This document shows, piece after piece, positions 9,897 through 20,343 of a stretch of 64,000 nucleotides of DNA. Numbering within the stretch: position 1 is the first letter of the stretch; every line of letters begins with the position of its first letter. The position numbers and the translations under genes are program-made. The stretch covers positions 124,001 through 188,000 of IMG/VR virus record IMGVR_UViG_3300046167_000825. One strand, 5' to 3'. The notes beneath the pieces are model-generated. The model was not told where the DNA came from, made no database searches, and saw only the letters and a program-made list of their open reading frames with translations.

Positions 9897-12800
9897 ATGT
9901 CTGAAAAATTAGGGAATGGCGTATCACGCACACTATCGGCTCTAGGAAGAAACTTTTCGCAAGTGGTTTGGCAGAAGGGGAAGCCTCCTTTAGACAGCGA
10001 ACTGAACTTGATGAGTCAGATTGAATCAGAAAAAATGCAAGAGGTCTTACGCTCGCAAGTTCATTCTGGGTTCTTTCTTGATCCTACGCTCGCACCTTCA
10101 GACTTCATAACGAAGCCAAACTGGTCTAACTTCTTTGCTCTCGGTGAAGACAATAGCGAGTCAAAGAACTTCTTGTGGGCTTGCGTTAACGGTTGGGTTC
10201 TTCCGATTGCTTCGACTGATCTATTTGATGGCATGTCTGAGAACACCAATGTCGTGAAACTCAATCCTCCTCCAGCGAGTGATACTCGTGTTGATTTGGT
10301 TTTCCTTGAAGTATGGACGACACCCGTTGCTCCAAACCCCTCAGAAGAGAACAAACCCTCCAAAGATAAAGTGTATCGTTATGGGAATGTTGAGTGTAAG
10401 AACAACATCCTTGATGACATCCAAGATTCCACAATCGGTTATGAAACAACCGAACGCCTCCAAGTGCAATATCGTATCCGAGTCTTCGGTGCTGGTGAAG
10501 GATTGGGCAGTGGTGTCGCTCTCGATGTCTTCCCCGATGGATTGGATGACCCAAATGTACTCGGTCAAGGGACAAATACATCTCCTCTCGGTGGGATGGT
10601 TTTCTCTAACATGAAAAACGAACTCGGAGATCCTTCTCTTTGGCGTGCTGGTGACGGAAACCCCGACAACGAACTAGGAACTAGCGATGGTTATGTTTAT
10701 GCCGTTCCCGTGTGTGCTGTGTTCCGAAGAAATCACTCTGGGTTCGTGGCTGTTCAAAATGCTGGTAATGCTCAGAAGAATGGTGGCTTCGACAGAAACC
10801 CTTCGGCTAAGTTCTTGGCTTCCCCACGACAAGGTGCGAAAATCCTTGCAGAAGCGACCCTCACGAACACGATTGGTATCACTGACACGGGTTACATCCA
10901 AGTGGATAACTTGATAGACAGTGGGATTGATGACCTCAAGCACGACTTCATTGATTTCTTCGTTGAGGTCAACGGTGAGATAATGCGAGTGACTGAGTTC
11001 GATACTGTATCTGTACCCGCCTTAATTAAAGTGACCGAAAGAGGTCGTTACGGAACTCAAGCCAAGCGACAAACATCGGGGTCTTCTTTAAGAATCTTCA
11101 ATTCACGACCAGACGGGAAGTGGGCTGACGGGATTCACACCGATGATCTCCTTGATTTAAGACGGGGATTGAACACGGGTGATTGGGATTACACTCGATT
11201 GCTTCTTCATAACCTCCGTTCGTTGGTTCAAGGTCAGTTGAAGACCTCTTACAAGCAAGCGGGAACTGGTGACACAGAAGGACACAGTGTCCTAGAGGTT
11301 TCTTTCCTCCATGCTGTTGGTTCTATCATGAACCCCAATCAAACTGAAGCAGTTGATGGTGCAGATGGTATCCGAACTGTTTGGTCAGACGGTGCGACAC
11401 TCCAAAGTGATATCTCAATGTTTTGTGATGTGGGGCATCTCCCATTAAATACTTCTGGTGGTATCCCCGATATGTCTGCTGGTGCTTTTTGGGATGTCAC
11501 TCCCGATTTCAAACCTAAGATGTTCACTGTCGATGACACTGTTTTCTGTGATGGCTCGACTATGTTCTTACACATTGGTGGTGATGATGGGAATCAAGGT
11601 GCGAGATATACTTTCCGTGATTCCTCTGAGAGAAAAGTCCGATTTGTTTCCCCTCAAGAGATGTGGAACTCCCAAGAAACAGATGGTTCTGATGGGCTTG
11701 TTTCTCCAGTTCGCTTACGATGGGTAGGTGAGGGTGTTTTCAATCCTTCGGCTGGTGGGGAAGCAACCACTGATCATTTGGGGGAGATGTATCCAACTTT
11801 CGAGAGTGGTTTCACGAAGCCCTTCATCTTTTTGGGTGATGTTCTCAGCACTCAGTTGAAAGTATCTAAGGGTGTTGGAACGGGTGGTGACTTCTATAAC
11901 AATAGTTCGCCCGATTCTCTCTGTGAGATTGATTTTGGGATTGATTTCGATGACCCTTCTTGGGTGGGTGCAGATCCGACCAACAAGTTGTTGAATGCTT
12001 CAAGGACTCTGAGAGATATGTTGACTGACAATGGTCGTGATTTCTCTGGAGATAGTTCTGAAGTTTATCTTGTTGTTTATGGGGATAATGATTTCCCTCA
12101 AAACAATGGGGCTTTCAAGGTTCTAGGTGCTGGGACATCTGAACTGACGGGTTACAAAGCCTCTACTCCAACGAGAATTGTTGTTGAGTTCTTGACAGAG
12201 GGCGTTACTGCCTTTGATTTGACGGCTGTTGTGCCGAAGACAGTCACCATTGAAACTCGTTCTCCTTATTGTACGAACAAAGGTGGTAATGGTTTCACTT
12301 TGGGGACATCTGCTGCTACGGTAACCTTCACGGGATTGTCTAACAATCAATGGCAAGGCAAAAGCACTTCAATGATCAACACGGGTGCAAGTGGTCGAAT
12401 GGGTTACCCAAGTTCTATGGTCGTGAATACCTCTTTGATGTACAACTCTGGGCGAGGAGCAATGGCACGAGTTGCTGATAAGTTCTTGAGATTCTCTGTC
12501 GTTGATGGGGGTAGTGAATATCTTCGTCAAGCACCTAGTTCGCTAGATATCAATTTCCCACCAGAAGCGGGAGTTCCCGACAATGAAATCTTTTTTGACC
12601 ACGCTCACTTCCAAGTTTGGAATCGTTTGGGTTCGTTGGGTCTTTCTGCCCCACAAGCAGATTCTTACGGTGGGAAAGTTCTTGCATTCTCGGAACAAGA
12701 CCGTGAAGCAGAAGTCTTCTTCGACAACGGTTCAAAAACAGTAATGTTCCGTCCATTCCTTGACCGTTCGATGACTCTCCATAGTTATGTCATCACGGCT

Positions 12801-15215
12801 GGAACACTCATTCCTAGCACTTACACATTGGGTCACCCCGTTGATGGTGCGACTCTATTTGAGAGTAGTCACCAAGTGGGGTTTGCTTTACCTCCCGAGT
12901 TCATGCCTCGATTTGGTCGCCAAGATATTCCTTTTTACAATGACACAACGGGCGATGGTAGTGGGACTTTCCTCACTGGTGTCAATCACCTTTTCACGGA
13001 CGACATCGACAATACAAAGAATGTCTTTTATGTCGTTGGTGGATTTGATAATGGTGGTGCTCCTTATGTTGGGTCTCTGTTATTCCAAACGGGTGCAACA
13101 AGTGGATTGGACTACGGTGTCTTCGGGAACATAACGGGAGGTTCTTTACCTCCAGCGGGTCACAGCACTTACCAAGCACGCTTGATGTCAGACGACACTG
13201 TCGTTAGTTCTGATTTTGGGAAGGGATTGCGAGGAATCGAACTACCCCCTTATATTGGTGTTGCAAGAATCTACGGTGTCTATGACAGACGGGATTATGT
13301 CAACAAAGGTGGTGCGACATTTGAGAGCAATCGTCTGACGGTAGCGGCTGACCCCGCCACAAACCTTCTCCGAACTGACGGAAAGAAGCAGACACTCTTT
13401 ATCAAACAAGGTGGTGGTAACGATGCCACTGGATTGACTGACTCACACACTTATGTTTTACCTTCTGAGTTGATTGATATCACACGCTCACCAGAATGGT
13501 CGGAGGGAGAGAACTTCCAAGACCTTGAGTATGTCGTTGAGTGTGTTGGATTTGGTTTCTCTGAGGGATTCATCAATAAGAACAATTATGTGTTGGCTCG
13601 TCAGCACGCTGGTAATGGGGCATCCCTCTCTAAGGCAACGGCATTGGCTACCCCTTATGTTTTGACAGACCTCCATATGTGTATCCCCTCTCCCGCACCA
13701 AAAGGTGACAAGTCGTATGTCCTAGCACAACGAACTGTCTATCAAGGAGATGCTTACATGACTCGTGCTGGGGCTGTGAGAACAGTTTCTGATTACGAAC
13801 ATCGTTATGGTGAAGTGTCTGTCAATATGGCACAGAAGTTGAGTGAGCCAATCCAACAGACAGACATCGGTGGGAACTTGATTGTTGATCTCCCTAACCC
13901 TCGTCAATTCCAAGTGTTGGCTTCCGTTGATTTCTACACCACATTGGGGACGGGTAAAGTGGGAGGGAAACTCTATAAAGGAACTCCTCTCGATGTTGGT
14001 CATAAAGCCTCTGTCGGAACTAGAAGACCCGAGTCCGAACTACAAATGGTTGCCCGAACCTTCACTGAAGGTCAAATGAAGAATACATCTCGTGCTTCTT
14101 TGATTATCGGTCATGGAGCATCCCTTGTGGGAACGAGATTGGTTGTTTCAGATGAGGGGGTTTCCTATTCTTTCAGTGAAGGTGTTGATTTCACAATTGG
14201 TGCGACAGCCTCAGACACAATGGAGTCTTTAGCCACAGCCATTTCTTCTTCCAATGCTCCCGTCACGGCACAATGGCGAAGTGTTGAGATTGTACTGACC
14301 TCTCAGTATGTCGGTGAACGAGGAAACAAAACGAGTGTTGCTTCCACTGGTGGTACAAACCTCAAGGGATTCATCTTCTCCTCTCCGTATTCCCCTTTCC
14401 AAAGTGCTGGTTCTACAACTAGCACCCATTTGATGGGAGGGCTTGATTTGATGACCAATGCTGGGAACGGCACATCACAACTTGACCTCACGGGGATGAC
14501 AGAACGATTGCCTCTCGGTGTTCTCTTGCAAGATCATGATTTCTTGTGTGAGAACCCTCTCAATGATATGGCAAGTGCCTTCGTGACAATGCCTTCTGGA
14601 ATCCGACCTCCTCAGACACTTCTGCCTCTAACGAACTCAGCGACATCTGAAGCCGAAAGATTCTTGGGAGTAGGACAGAACATCGTTATGGTAGACGGGG
14701 GTGTTAATCTCTATCAAGCCTACAACATTGTTAGTTCGCCAACGGGAACTCGGAAGTTCAGAGTTCATCGTGGTGGTGCGGCATACACTGTTTCACAAGA
14801 CCCCAACAAAACGGGTTCTCCCATTGATTTCTATTCGACAAATCTTCATGGCTCTTTGAACCCCGTGCTTAAAGGCTGTGTATTGGCTGGTAAAGCCCTC
14901 TTAGTTCGCAACTTTGAAGAACACGCCTTCGCTCCTTCAGAACCCAACAGACGGGTTTCTACGGGAGATGAAATCCAAATGGTCATTCTCACACAAGGTT
15001 TGGTTGGGAGTCCAGATGTCAGTAAAAATGGGTTGGACATTCAAGGTTTGATTAGCCCTACTGGTTATGGTGAAGGTTATTCAGCGATTGATCGGTATCG
15101 TTTGATTGGTAAGCCAATGTTCAAGGGGCGTGACCGAGTTCCGACACAGTTGGATGACAAGCCTATAATCTATCCATACGAGACATTGTTGGATACCCCC
15201 AACTTGGAGGAGTAA
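9897..15215 (+). CDS. Very large baseplate/tail structural protein (paralogue of 1728..5039)
   Basis: Shares FSQVVxQxGKPxLDxELN, RxDxVFLEVW, QVQYRIRV, DGxVYAxPxCxVFR and RPDG...LDLRR blocks with 1728..5039. Confidence 0.75.
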   Translation: MSEKLGNGVSRTLSALGRNFSQVVWQKGKPPLDSELNLMSQIESEKMQEVLRSQVHSGFFLDPTLAPSDFITKPNWSNFFALGEDNSESKNFLWACVNGWVLPIASTDLFDGMSENTNVVKLNPPPASDTRVDLVFLEVWTTPVAPNPSEENKPSKDKVYRYGNVECKNNILDDIQDSTIGYETTERLQVQYRIRVFGAGEGLGSGVALDVFPDGLDDPNVLGQGTNTSPLGGMVFSNMKNELGDPSLWRAGDGNPDNELGTSDGYVYAVPVCAVFRRNHSGFVAVQNAGNAQKNGGFDRNPSAKFLASPRQGAKILAEATLTNTIGITDTGYIQVDNLIDSGIDDLKHDFIDFFVEVNGEIMRVTEFDTVSVPALIKVTERGRYGTQAKRQTSGSSLRIFNSRPDGKWADGIHTDDLLDLRRGLNTGDWDYTRLLLHNLRSLVQGQLKTSYKQAGTGDTEGHSVLEVSFLHAVGSIMNPNQTEAVDGADGIRTVWSDGATLQSDISMFCDVGHLPLNTSGGIPDMSAGAFWDVTPDFKPKMFTVDDTVFCDGSTMFLHIGGDDGNQGARYTFRDSSERKVRFVSPQEMWNSQETDGSDGLVSPVRLRWVGEGVFNPSAGGEATTDHLGEMYPTFESGFTKPFIFLGDVLSTQLKVSKGVGTGGDFYNNSSPDSLCEIDFGIDFDDPSWVGADPTNKLLNASRTLRDMLTDNGRDFSGDSSEVYLVVYGDNDFPQNNGAFKVLGAGTSELTGYKASTPTRIVVEFLTEGVTAFDLTAVVPKTVTIETRSPYCTNKGGNGFTLGTSAATVTFTGLSNNQWQGKSTSMINTGASGRMGYPSSMVVNTSLMYNSGRGAMARVADKFLRFSVVDGGSEYLRQAPSSLDINFPPEAGVPDNEIFFDHAHFQVWNRLGSLGLSAPQADSYGGKVLAFSEQDREAEVFFDNGSKTVMFRPFLDRSMTLHSYVITAGTLIPSTYTLGHPVDGATLFESSHQVGFALPPEFMPRFGRQDIPFYNDTTGDGSGTFLTGVNHLFTDDIDNTKNVFYVVGGFDNGGAPYVGSLLFQTGATSGLDYGVFGNITGGSLPPAGHSTYQARLMSDDTVVSSDFGKGLRGIELPPYIGVARIYGVYDRRDYVNKGGATFESNRLTVAADPATNLLRTDGKKQTLFIKQGGGNDATGLTDSHTYVLPSELIDITRSPEWSEGENFQDLEYVVECVGFGFSEGFINKNNYVLARQHAGNGASLSKATALATPYVLTDLHMCIPSPAPKGDKSYVLAQRTVYQGDAYMTRAGAVRTVSDYEHRYGEVSVNMAQKLSEPIQQTDIGGNLIVDLPNPRQFQVLASVDFYTTLGTGKVGGKLYKGTPLDVGHKASVGTRRPESELQMVARTFTEGQMKNTSRASLIIGHGASLVGTRLVVSDEGVSYSFSEGVDFTIGATASDTMESLATAISSSNAPVTAQWRSVEIVLTSQYVGERGNKTSVASTGGTNLKGFIFSSPYSPFQSAGSTTSTHLMGGLDLMTNAGNGTSQLDLTGMTERLPLGVLLQDHDFLCENPLNDMASAFVTMPSGIRPPQTLLPLTNSATSEAERFLGVGQNIVMVDGGVNLYQAYNIVSSPTGTRKFRVHRGGAAYTVSQDPNKTGSPIDFYSTNLHGSLNPVLKGCVLAGKALLVRNFEEHAFAPSEPNRRVSTGDEIQMVILTQGLVGSPDVSKNGLDIQGLISPTGYGEGYSAIDRYRLIGKPMFKGRDRVPTQLDDKPIIYPYETLLDTPNLEE

Positions 15216-15523
15216 TGCGAAAGTTTTCCTTTGAAGAAAAACAAATCATCTCGTCAGCCCTACTGAAAGCCCTTGAGGTTATCGGTGGGCGAGCGATGGC
15301 GAATCAAGATAGGATGTTGAACTTGATGTCACGAGTGGAGTTCGATAAATATCGCCACCAAGAACTGATGGCACTCTCAAAACAGATACAAGCAAGTTCT
15401 GATGTGGTTTCTTTGGTGCGGTTGTTGAACCAACACACAGATATCCTCATTGAACTAGCAGAAGTATCGAGAGATGCTCAACAGACATTCAAGCGATTGC
15501 AAGTGAAACCAAAACGGAGATAA
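15215..15523 (+). CDS. Hypothetical helical protein
   Basis: TAATG stop/start overlap; GGAGG SD. Confidence 0.6.
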   Translation: MRKFSFEEKQIISSALLKALEVIGGRAMANQDRMLNLMSRVEFDKYRHQELMALSKQIQASSDVVSLVRLLNQHTDILIELAEVSRDAQQTFKRLQVKPKRR

Positions 15524-15525
15524 CA

Positions 15526-15732
15526 ATGTATCGAATACACAAAGAACAAATACCACAAAAAATAGCACAAAAATCCATAACCGAGTACAAAGACCAGTTG
15601 AAGAGAGAACTACAAAATCCATCTCTCAATGCCAAACAAAGGAAGGCATTGAAGCAACGCTTAAAGAGCGTGGGGTGTTGTAGGAACTATTCAAAGGAAA
15701 AAGCCCTTGACGGAGCAATCAAAAACAAGTGA
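15526..15732 (+). CDS. Small basic hypothetical protein
   Basis: GGAG SD; operon position. Confidence 0.5.
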   Translation: MYRIHKEQIPQKIAQKSITEYKDQLKRELQNPSLNAKQRKALKQRLKSVGCCRNYSKEKALDGAIKNK

Positions 15733-15885
15733 TATCTCTTGAGAGAGATTTCTTTCAGAGTTGCCCGTGAGATTGGGATGAGGGACGGTTTGGATGACAA
15801 GCCCCCTTTGACAAACCCTTTCAAACGAAGTAACTCTATAAACTGCCTTTCGTATGAGAGGCATTAACCCTAAATGGAGGCAGAA

Positions 15886-16467
15886 ATGCAAAACATTTTA
15901 ATGTCAATAATCACGGTGTTTCTCTTTATCACAGCACCTTACCCAGCACACGCTGAAGAACCAACCCCTTCTGAAACCACAGAAGAAGTTGCCCCTACCC
16001 CCTCTGAAGAGGTTGCTCCTAGCGACACAGAAGCCGAAGCAGAAAAGAAAGTAGAGGAAGTTGAGAAAGTAGAGGAAGTTGAGAAAGTAGAAGCAACTGA
16101 AGAAGTTGTCGAAACCATCCCAACCACAGATCAAGAAGCCGTTGAAGACGCTCTTGCTTTATGGAAGGCTTTGAACTCACAAGATTGGCCCCTCGCTATC
16201 GGATTTCTAGTGATGATTCTCGTCTACATCGCAAATCGTTTCGGTCTGAAAGACAAGATTGGAAAGAAAGCCATCCCTTATGTATCATTGGCGATTGGTG
16301 TTCTAGCCGCTGTTGGTGTCGCTCTTGCGAGTGGTAGTTCTGTGGCAGTTGCACTTGAGGCTGGCGTTCTGGCTGGACTTGCTGCTGTTGGTTCTTGGGA
16401 AGTCCTATTCAAGAAGATTCTTGGGGACTCCAACGACACAAGTCACGAAGTGACAGAAGAAGCGTAA
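15886..16467 (+). CDS. Signal-peptide membrane protein with an acidic linker and about 3 TM helices (holin-like C-terminus)
   Basis: Signal peptide ending AHA; EEVEKV repeats; hydrophobic C-terminal segments; start refined to the ATG after GGAGG. Confidence 0.6.
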   Translation: MQNILMSIITVFLFITAPYPAHAEEPTPSETTEEVAPTPSEEVAPSDTEAEAEKKVEEVEKVEEVEKVEATEEVVETIPTTDQEAVEDALALWKALNSQDWPLAIGFLVMILVYIANRFGLKDKIGKKAIPYVSLAIGVLAAVGVALASGSSVAVALEAGVLAGLAAVGSWEVLFKKILGDSNDTSHEVTEEA

Positions 16468-16490
16468 ATCTAGCGTTCTTCTAAAACACG

Positions 16491-16521
16491 AAAGGGTGGT
16501 CGTAATGACCACCCTTTTTTT
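16491..16521. terminator. Intrinsic terminator between convergent genes
   Basis: AAAGGGTGGTC-GTAAT-GACCACCCTTT followed by a T-run. Confidence 0.8.
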
Positions 16522-16538
16522 GTGTCCTAATATCGGAA

Positions 16539-17003
16539 CTAGAAACGTAAGTAAAGCCCCGTTGCTTTCTCAAAGAGTTCCACTAATTGGTCGTTATAGA
16601 TCCCTTGATGAGAAACGACAACCTTCTTCTTCGGTGTGCGTGGCTTGCTAGAGGGAACTGGAATACGCATACCAACCAAACCCAATAAGGCTGGTTCTTC
16701 TGCTGCCATTTCCTCAGTCACATGAATCTTCTTCATGCGAGGCATACGGAGAGTGTATATTTCCATGTCGTACAAGTCCAGAGAAGTGAGAGAAACCTCA
16801 CAGACTGTCTTGCTTCTTTTCATTGGGAACTCAAACCGTAAGGTTTTCCCCCCATTCATATATGAAAACTTCTTTGCCCCAATCATTGCTGATAAGCGTC
16901 TTGCCCCACCCATCTGCTGTAAGATGATATCGGCTGGTTTAGATGCTTCCTTGTCGTGGGATTGTTTCAATAATTTGGCTGCCATTCGTTCATATTTATC
17001 CAT
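16539..17003 (-). CDS. Phage protein (ILQQMGG...AMIGAK...D.Y...FE..TGL type) with a short N-terminal extension
   Basis: Recognisable phage-family core follows MDKYERMAAKLLKQSHDKEA; AGGAG SD. Confidence 0.65.
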   Translation of the reverse strand: MDKYERMAAKLLKQSHDKEASKPADIILQQMGGARRLSAMIGAKKFSYMNGGKTLRFEFPMKRSKTVCEVSLTSLDLYDMEIYTLRMPRMKKIHVTEEMAAEEPALLGLVGMRIPVPSSKPRTPKKKVVVSHQGIYNDQLVELFEKATGLYLRF

Positions 17004-17074
17004 AGGTCACTCCTAAAAGGTATTCGGTTCATTAACGGTATAGTTATAAACAAAATACCACGAGAGAACTACCC

Positions 17075-17809
17075 ATGATTATCCGAAAAAGAGATGCCAT
17101 CGAAACCCTCAACAAACTTAAAGATGGATCTGCTGACTTGATATTGCTTGATCCCTTTTACAATGAATGGGATGACTGGCTTGAAAAAGGAATCATCGAA
17201 CTAGCAATGTCCAAACTGAAAGAGAGTGGGAATCTATTATGTTTCACAGCCCAACCTTTTGACTTCAATCTCCGAGTACATCTCCAAGAATCTTTCAGAA
17301 GGGAACTCATCTGGCACATGCCAAAGCGACCAAAGTGGGTGAGCAATAAACTTCCCCTCGTGACACACCAAAAAATATTCTGGGCAGTGAAAACAAAGGA
17401 GGAGAACTTCTTCCAACCACGAACTGGATTGGATTATTCTCCTCACACGGTCACGGGCAACAAAGGACACATGGTGTTCCGTGATTTCAAAGGAAAACTA
17501 CGCCCATTTGAGAAACACGAAGAAGGGATATGGATGAATGATGTCCAAGTGTTTGACAAACCCCACAATGAAAAGAGAGAAAGTGCAAAGCCCCTTGAAC
17601 TAATGGAGGTGTTAATCCGATGTCTGTGTCCAATAGAGGGGAAAGTTGTAGACCCCTTCGCTGGGAGCGGTGTCGTCTGTTATGCTTGTCAAAACTTGGG
17701 GATCACCGATTGTGTGGCAACCGATATTGACTTTGAAATGTTGGGGGAAGTGAAGAAAGACATAGGTTTTCTTCAAGGCTTCATGGGATTCACAGCAAAT
17801 CCTTCGTGA
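17075..17809 (+). CDS. Orphan N6-adenine/N4-cytosine DNA methyltransferase (beta class)
   Basis: DPFY (DPPY-type motif IV) precedes the DPFAGSG SAM-binding motif. Confidence 0.85.
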   Translation: MIIRKRDAIETLNKLKDGSADLILLDPFYNEWDDWLEKGIIELAMSKLKESGNLLCFTAQPFDFNLRVHLQESFRRELIWHMPKRPKWVSNKLPLVTHQKIFWAVKTKEENFFQPRTGLDYSPHTVTGNKGHMVFRDFKGKLRPFEKHEEGIWMNDVQVFDKPHNEKRESAKPLELMEVLIRCLCPIEGKVVDPFAGSGVVCYACQNLGITDCVATDIDFEMLGEVKKDIGFLQGFMGFTANPS

Positions 17810-17860
17810 TTTGTTCTATATGCCATCTCTTATATATGAACAACCAAACGGAGGTGAAGT

Positions 17861-18223
17861 ATGGATTCAGTAAGTACAGCCTTGCTAGAATACGGTGCTA
17901 TGGGTATTTTTGCGGCTTTTCTTGTATGGCAACATCTGTCTATGCAAAAACGATCCGATGCTATGATAGAGAAGTTTCAATCTCAACTAAAAGAAATTAT
18001 GAACACACACAAATCGGAACTTGACAATATGAGAGCGAGGTACGACCAAGTGATTGAAAAACATCAACAGAACTACGAACAAATACGGGCATTGATTGCA
18101 GATAAAATCGCTGAGGTAGATCGGGACACCGATTCCATCATTGATATCTTACGAGAAATGCAGAGTGAAAAGAAACTGAAAGAACTAGCCAAACAAATGG
18201 CATCCGAAGATATAAAACTATGA
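17861..18223 (+). CDS. Single-TM coiled-coil membrane protein (BhlA/holin-like)
   Basis: LLEYGAMGIFAAFLVW TM segment followed by a coiled coil; GGAGGTG SD. Confidence 0.55.
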   Translation: MDSVSTALLEYGAMGIFAAFLVWQHLSMQKRSDAMIEKFQSQLKEIMNTHKSELDNMRARYDQVIEKHQQNYEQIRALIADKIAEVDRDTDSIIDILREMQSEKKLKELAKQMASEDIKL

Positions 18224-18492
18224 TCCAAAGATATGTAAATCTTGTCAGAAGGTTATTTGACTCTCGACCAGATGACACCCCAAATGCTCCGATAGACGAT
18301 CCTCGTGTTTCAAAGTGGTATCGTTCTATCGGGCTATTTGAGGGGCAAAGGAAAAAGAAGCCTCTTACCCTCCATCTATTACAATCCCACGACAAGAGAG
18401 AGTTCGCTATCCTCGTCAATGGGAAAGACCTACAAACCATCACAAACAGATCGGCTATTCGGGTAGCCAATAGATTCTTGAAGAACGGATAA
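18220..18492 (+). CDS. Hypothetical protein ending in IRVANRFL
   Basis: ATGA overlap with the upstream gene. Confidence 0.5.
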   Translation: MIQRYVNLVRRLFDSRPDDTPNAPIDDPRVSKWYRSIGLFEGQRKKKPLTLHLLQSHDKREFAILVNGKDLQTITNRSAIRVANRFLKNG

Positions 18493-18542
18493 CGCCCAGT
18501 ATTCTGAACATTATCGTGGTCTTTTGTATAACATAATATACA

Positions 18543-18884
18543 TTATGCTATCGCTTTCACCAATTCACGAGGGGCGATAACTGACTGACCAGCCATATCT
18601 ATTACTTGAAGATGGTCGCATCCTAGAAAGTCATTCATCAACACCCCCACAAAGTTCTTATGGTCACCGTCTGTGACAACAACAAGAGTGCTATCCACAT
18701 TGACCTTAGTAGAAAGTTCAAAGACACGACCTTGAATCTTTGACACCTCTGTGCCGTCCATTAAGAACTCGTGGATTGTACGGCTGAAATCCCATTGTGA
18801 GGGCTTTCTGTCGAATACCCTACACATTTGAGGTATGTCCTCACCAAGAGGGCTTTCATTGTCGTTTATGAGTATGCAATACAT
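18543..18884 (-). CDS. Hypothetical protein
   Basis: AAGGAG SD before MYCILIND. Confidence 0.55.
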   Translation of the reverse strand: MYCILINDNESPLGEDIPQMCRVFDRKPSQWDFSRTIHEFLMDGTEVSKIQGRVFELSTKVNVDSTLVVVTDGDHKNFVGVLMNDFLGCDHLQVIDMAGQSVIAPRELVKAIA

Positions 18885-18886
18885 AA

Positions 18887-19105
18887 TTATTCTCCTTGTA
18901 AGCATGAGTAGTAGATTTCCATTCGGGCTTGACTATTGTCTTGATCGATACCACTGTATTCCACACAGTGATCAGCCATTGTCATCACGGCAGTTTGGTT
19001 CTCGATTGACCACTCAAGCCAGAAGAAAGCGGCTGTGAGAGCGATAGCGAGGTAGATGGCGTATTCAAGTTCGGTTTTGTTTGGTAAAAGGCTTTTGACA
19101 TTCAT
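18887..19105 (-). CDS. Small membrane protein
   Basis: One TM segment; GGAG SD; directly behind a promoter motif. Confidence 0.6.
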   Translation of the reverse strand: MNVKSLLPNKTELEYAIYLAIALTAAFFWLEWSIENQTAVMTMADHCVEYSGIDQDNSQARMEIYYSCLQGE

Positions 19106-19143
19106 TTTAATCTCCGTTGTTAATGTATTGACTTGTCAATAGA

Positions 19144-19174
19144 TATACGGAACTATTAAAAAAGTGCAACCGCA
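19144..19174 (-). promoter_or_regulatory. Class-I phage promoter motif
   Basis: TGCGGTTG-N16-CCGTATA. Confidence 0.8.
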
Positions 19175-19175
19175 C

Positions 19176-19580
19176 TCAAACAAAACGCATTGGGTCAGCC
19201 TCATAGAGTTGTTGGATTCCCGTGAGGGGGAAGTGATTGAGGGGCTTTGTCATGTCCTCTTCACTGTAAGCGACATAGGATGTGAGTTTATCACTCTCGC
19301 ATTTCATTATGGATTGGATGGGTGCAATGAAGGGATTCTCCCAGTCGAAGTTTCTTTTAATGCTGTCGAAGGTCGTGCTTCTCCATCTCTCACACAGAGC
19401 CATTGGAGATCGGAACGCCCCATTGAAGAACATTGCCGATCCCCCTTTGGTTTCTATGGTATCCACACCTTTTTTTACATAGGCGGGCATCCCTCGCTTA
19501 TGACATGATAATAGTGTCATGAGGTCATTCACTTGAACGGGTTTCAAGTCTTTTTTGGTGTCTTCACAGAGTTTAATCAT
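19176..19580 (-). CDS. Hypothetical protein
   Basis: AGGAGG SD; own promoter motif. Confidence 0.6.
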   Translation of the reverse strand: MIKLCEDTKKDLKPVQVNDLMTLLSCHKRGMPAYVKKGVDTIETKGGSAMFFNGAFRSPMALCERWRSTTFDSIKRNFDWENPFIAPIQSIMKCESDKLTSYVAYSEEDMTKPLNHFPLTGIQQLYEADPMRFV

Positions 19581-19608
19581 AGAGCCTCCTCGTTATCTCT
19601 TTGATAAC

Positions 19609-19639
19609 TATACGGATAGTGAGAGGTAAGACGATCCCA
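19609..19639 (-). promoter_or_regulatory. Variant promoter motif (GGGATCG upstream box)
   Basis: TGGGATCG-N16-CCGTATA. Confidence 0.65.
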
Positions 19640-19963
19640 ATGAAACTATCCATGAACATACTCAATGAAACACCCATTCGCCAACGGGGGTTAAGAACCC
19701 TCCGTGACGAAGTGAAGAAGAGGTTTCCCAATGTAATTCCAGAGGAAATCCTTCTGTTATTGATGGATCAACCCTCTATTTCCTTGATAGAGAAAATGGA
19801 TGACCTCATTGGGTATGTCGTCTTCAAAGAAAAGATTCTCATTGAGATCAACAAAGAACAACCACTAATCCTACATATCAATTACCACAAAGACCTATTG
19901 AACCTATCACAACCTCTCCAAGAAATATTGAAACAAAGGTTTGCGTTATTACTGGGAGGATAG
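19640..19963 (+). CDS. Hypothetical protein
   Basis: ORF ends 2 nt before the Nudix gene. Confidence 0.45.
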   Translation: MKLSMNILNETPIRQRGLRTLRDEVKKRFPNVIPEEILLLLMDQPSISLIEKMDDLIGYVVFKEKILIEINKEQPLILHINYHKDLLNLSQPLQEILKQRFALLLGG

Positions 19964-19965
19964 CA

Positions 19966-20343
19966 ATGGGTGCTGGCTGTATAATTATGAGGGACGACAA
20001 GATTCTTGTTCTCCAAAGAAAAGATGGGCGATTTGATTTACCGAAAGGACATCAAGAACCTACAGAAACTTTATTTGAATGTGCTCAACGAGAAACCTTC
20101 GAGGAATGTGGTCTGTGGTTTGAGTTCAACCAAGTTCAAGGATTGATTGAACATGAAGAACTCTCTTTGTATATTGTTAATTATACAACGGGGAAAGTCG
20201 CACTCAAGCCCAACCCCGAAACCAACGAACTAGAGCATGTTGATTACAAATGGATATCTCCATTTGTATTTGTTCTTCAATGCTTGCCCTATATGATTCC
20301 TCACATAAGAAAATATATCGGAGTGAAATATGCCTCTCATTAA
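19966..20343 (+). CDS. Nudix hydrolase (Ap4A hydrolase-like)
   Basis: LPKGHQEPTETLFECAQRETFEECG Nudix box. Confidence 0.88.
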   Translation: MGAGCIIMRDDKILVLQRKDGRFDLPKGHQEPTETLFECAQRETFEECGLWFEFNQVQGLIEHEELSLYIVNYTTGKVALKPNPETNELEHVDYKWISPFVFVLQCLPYMIPHIRKYIGVKYASH

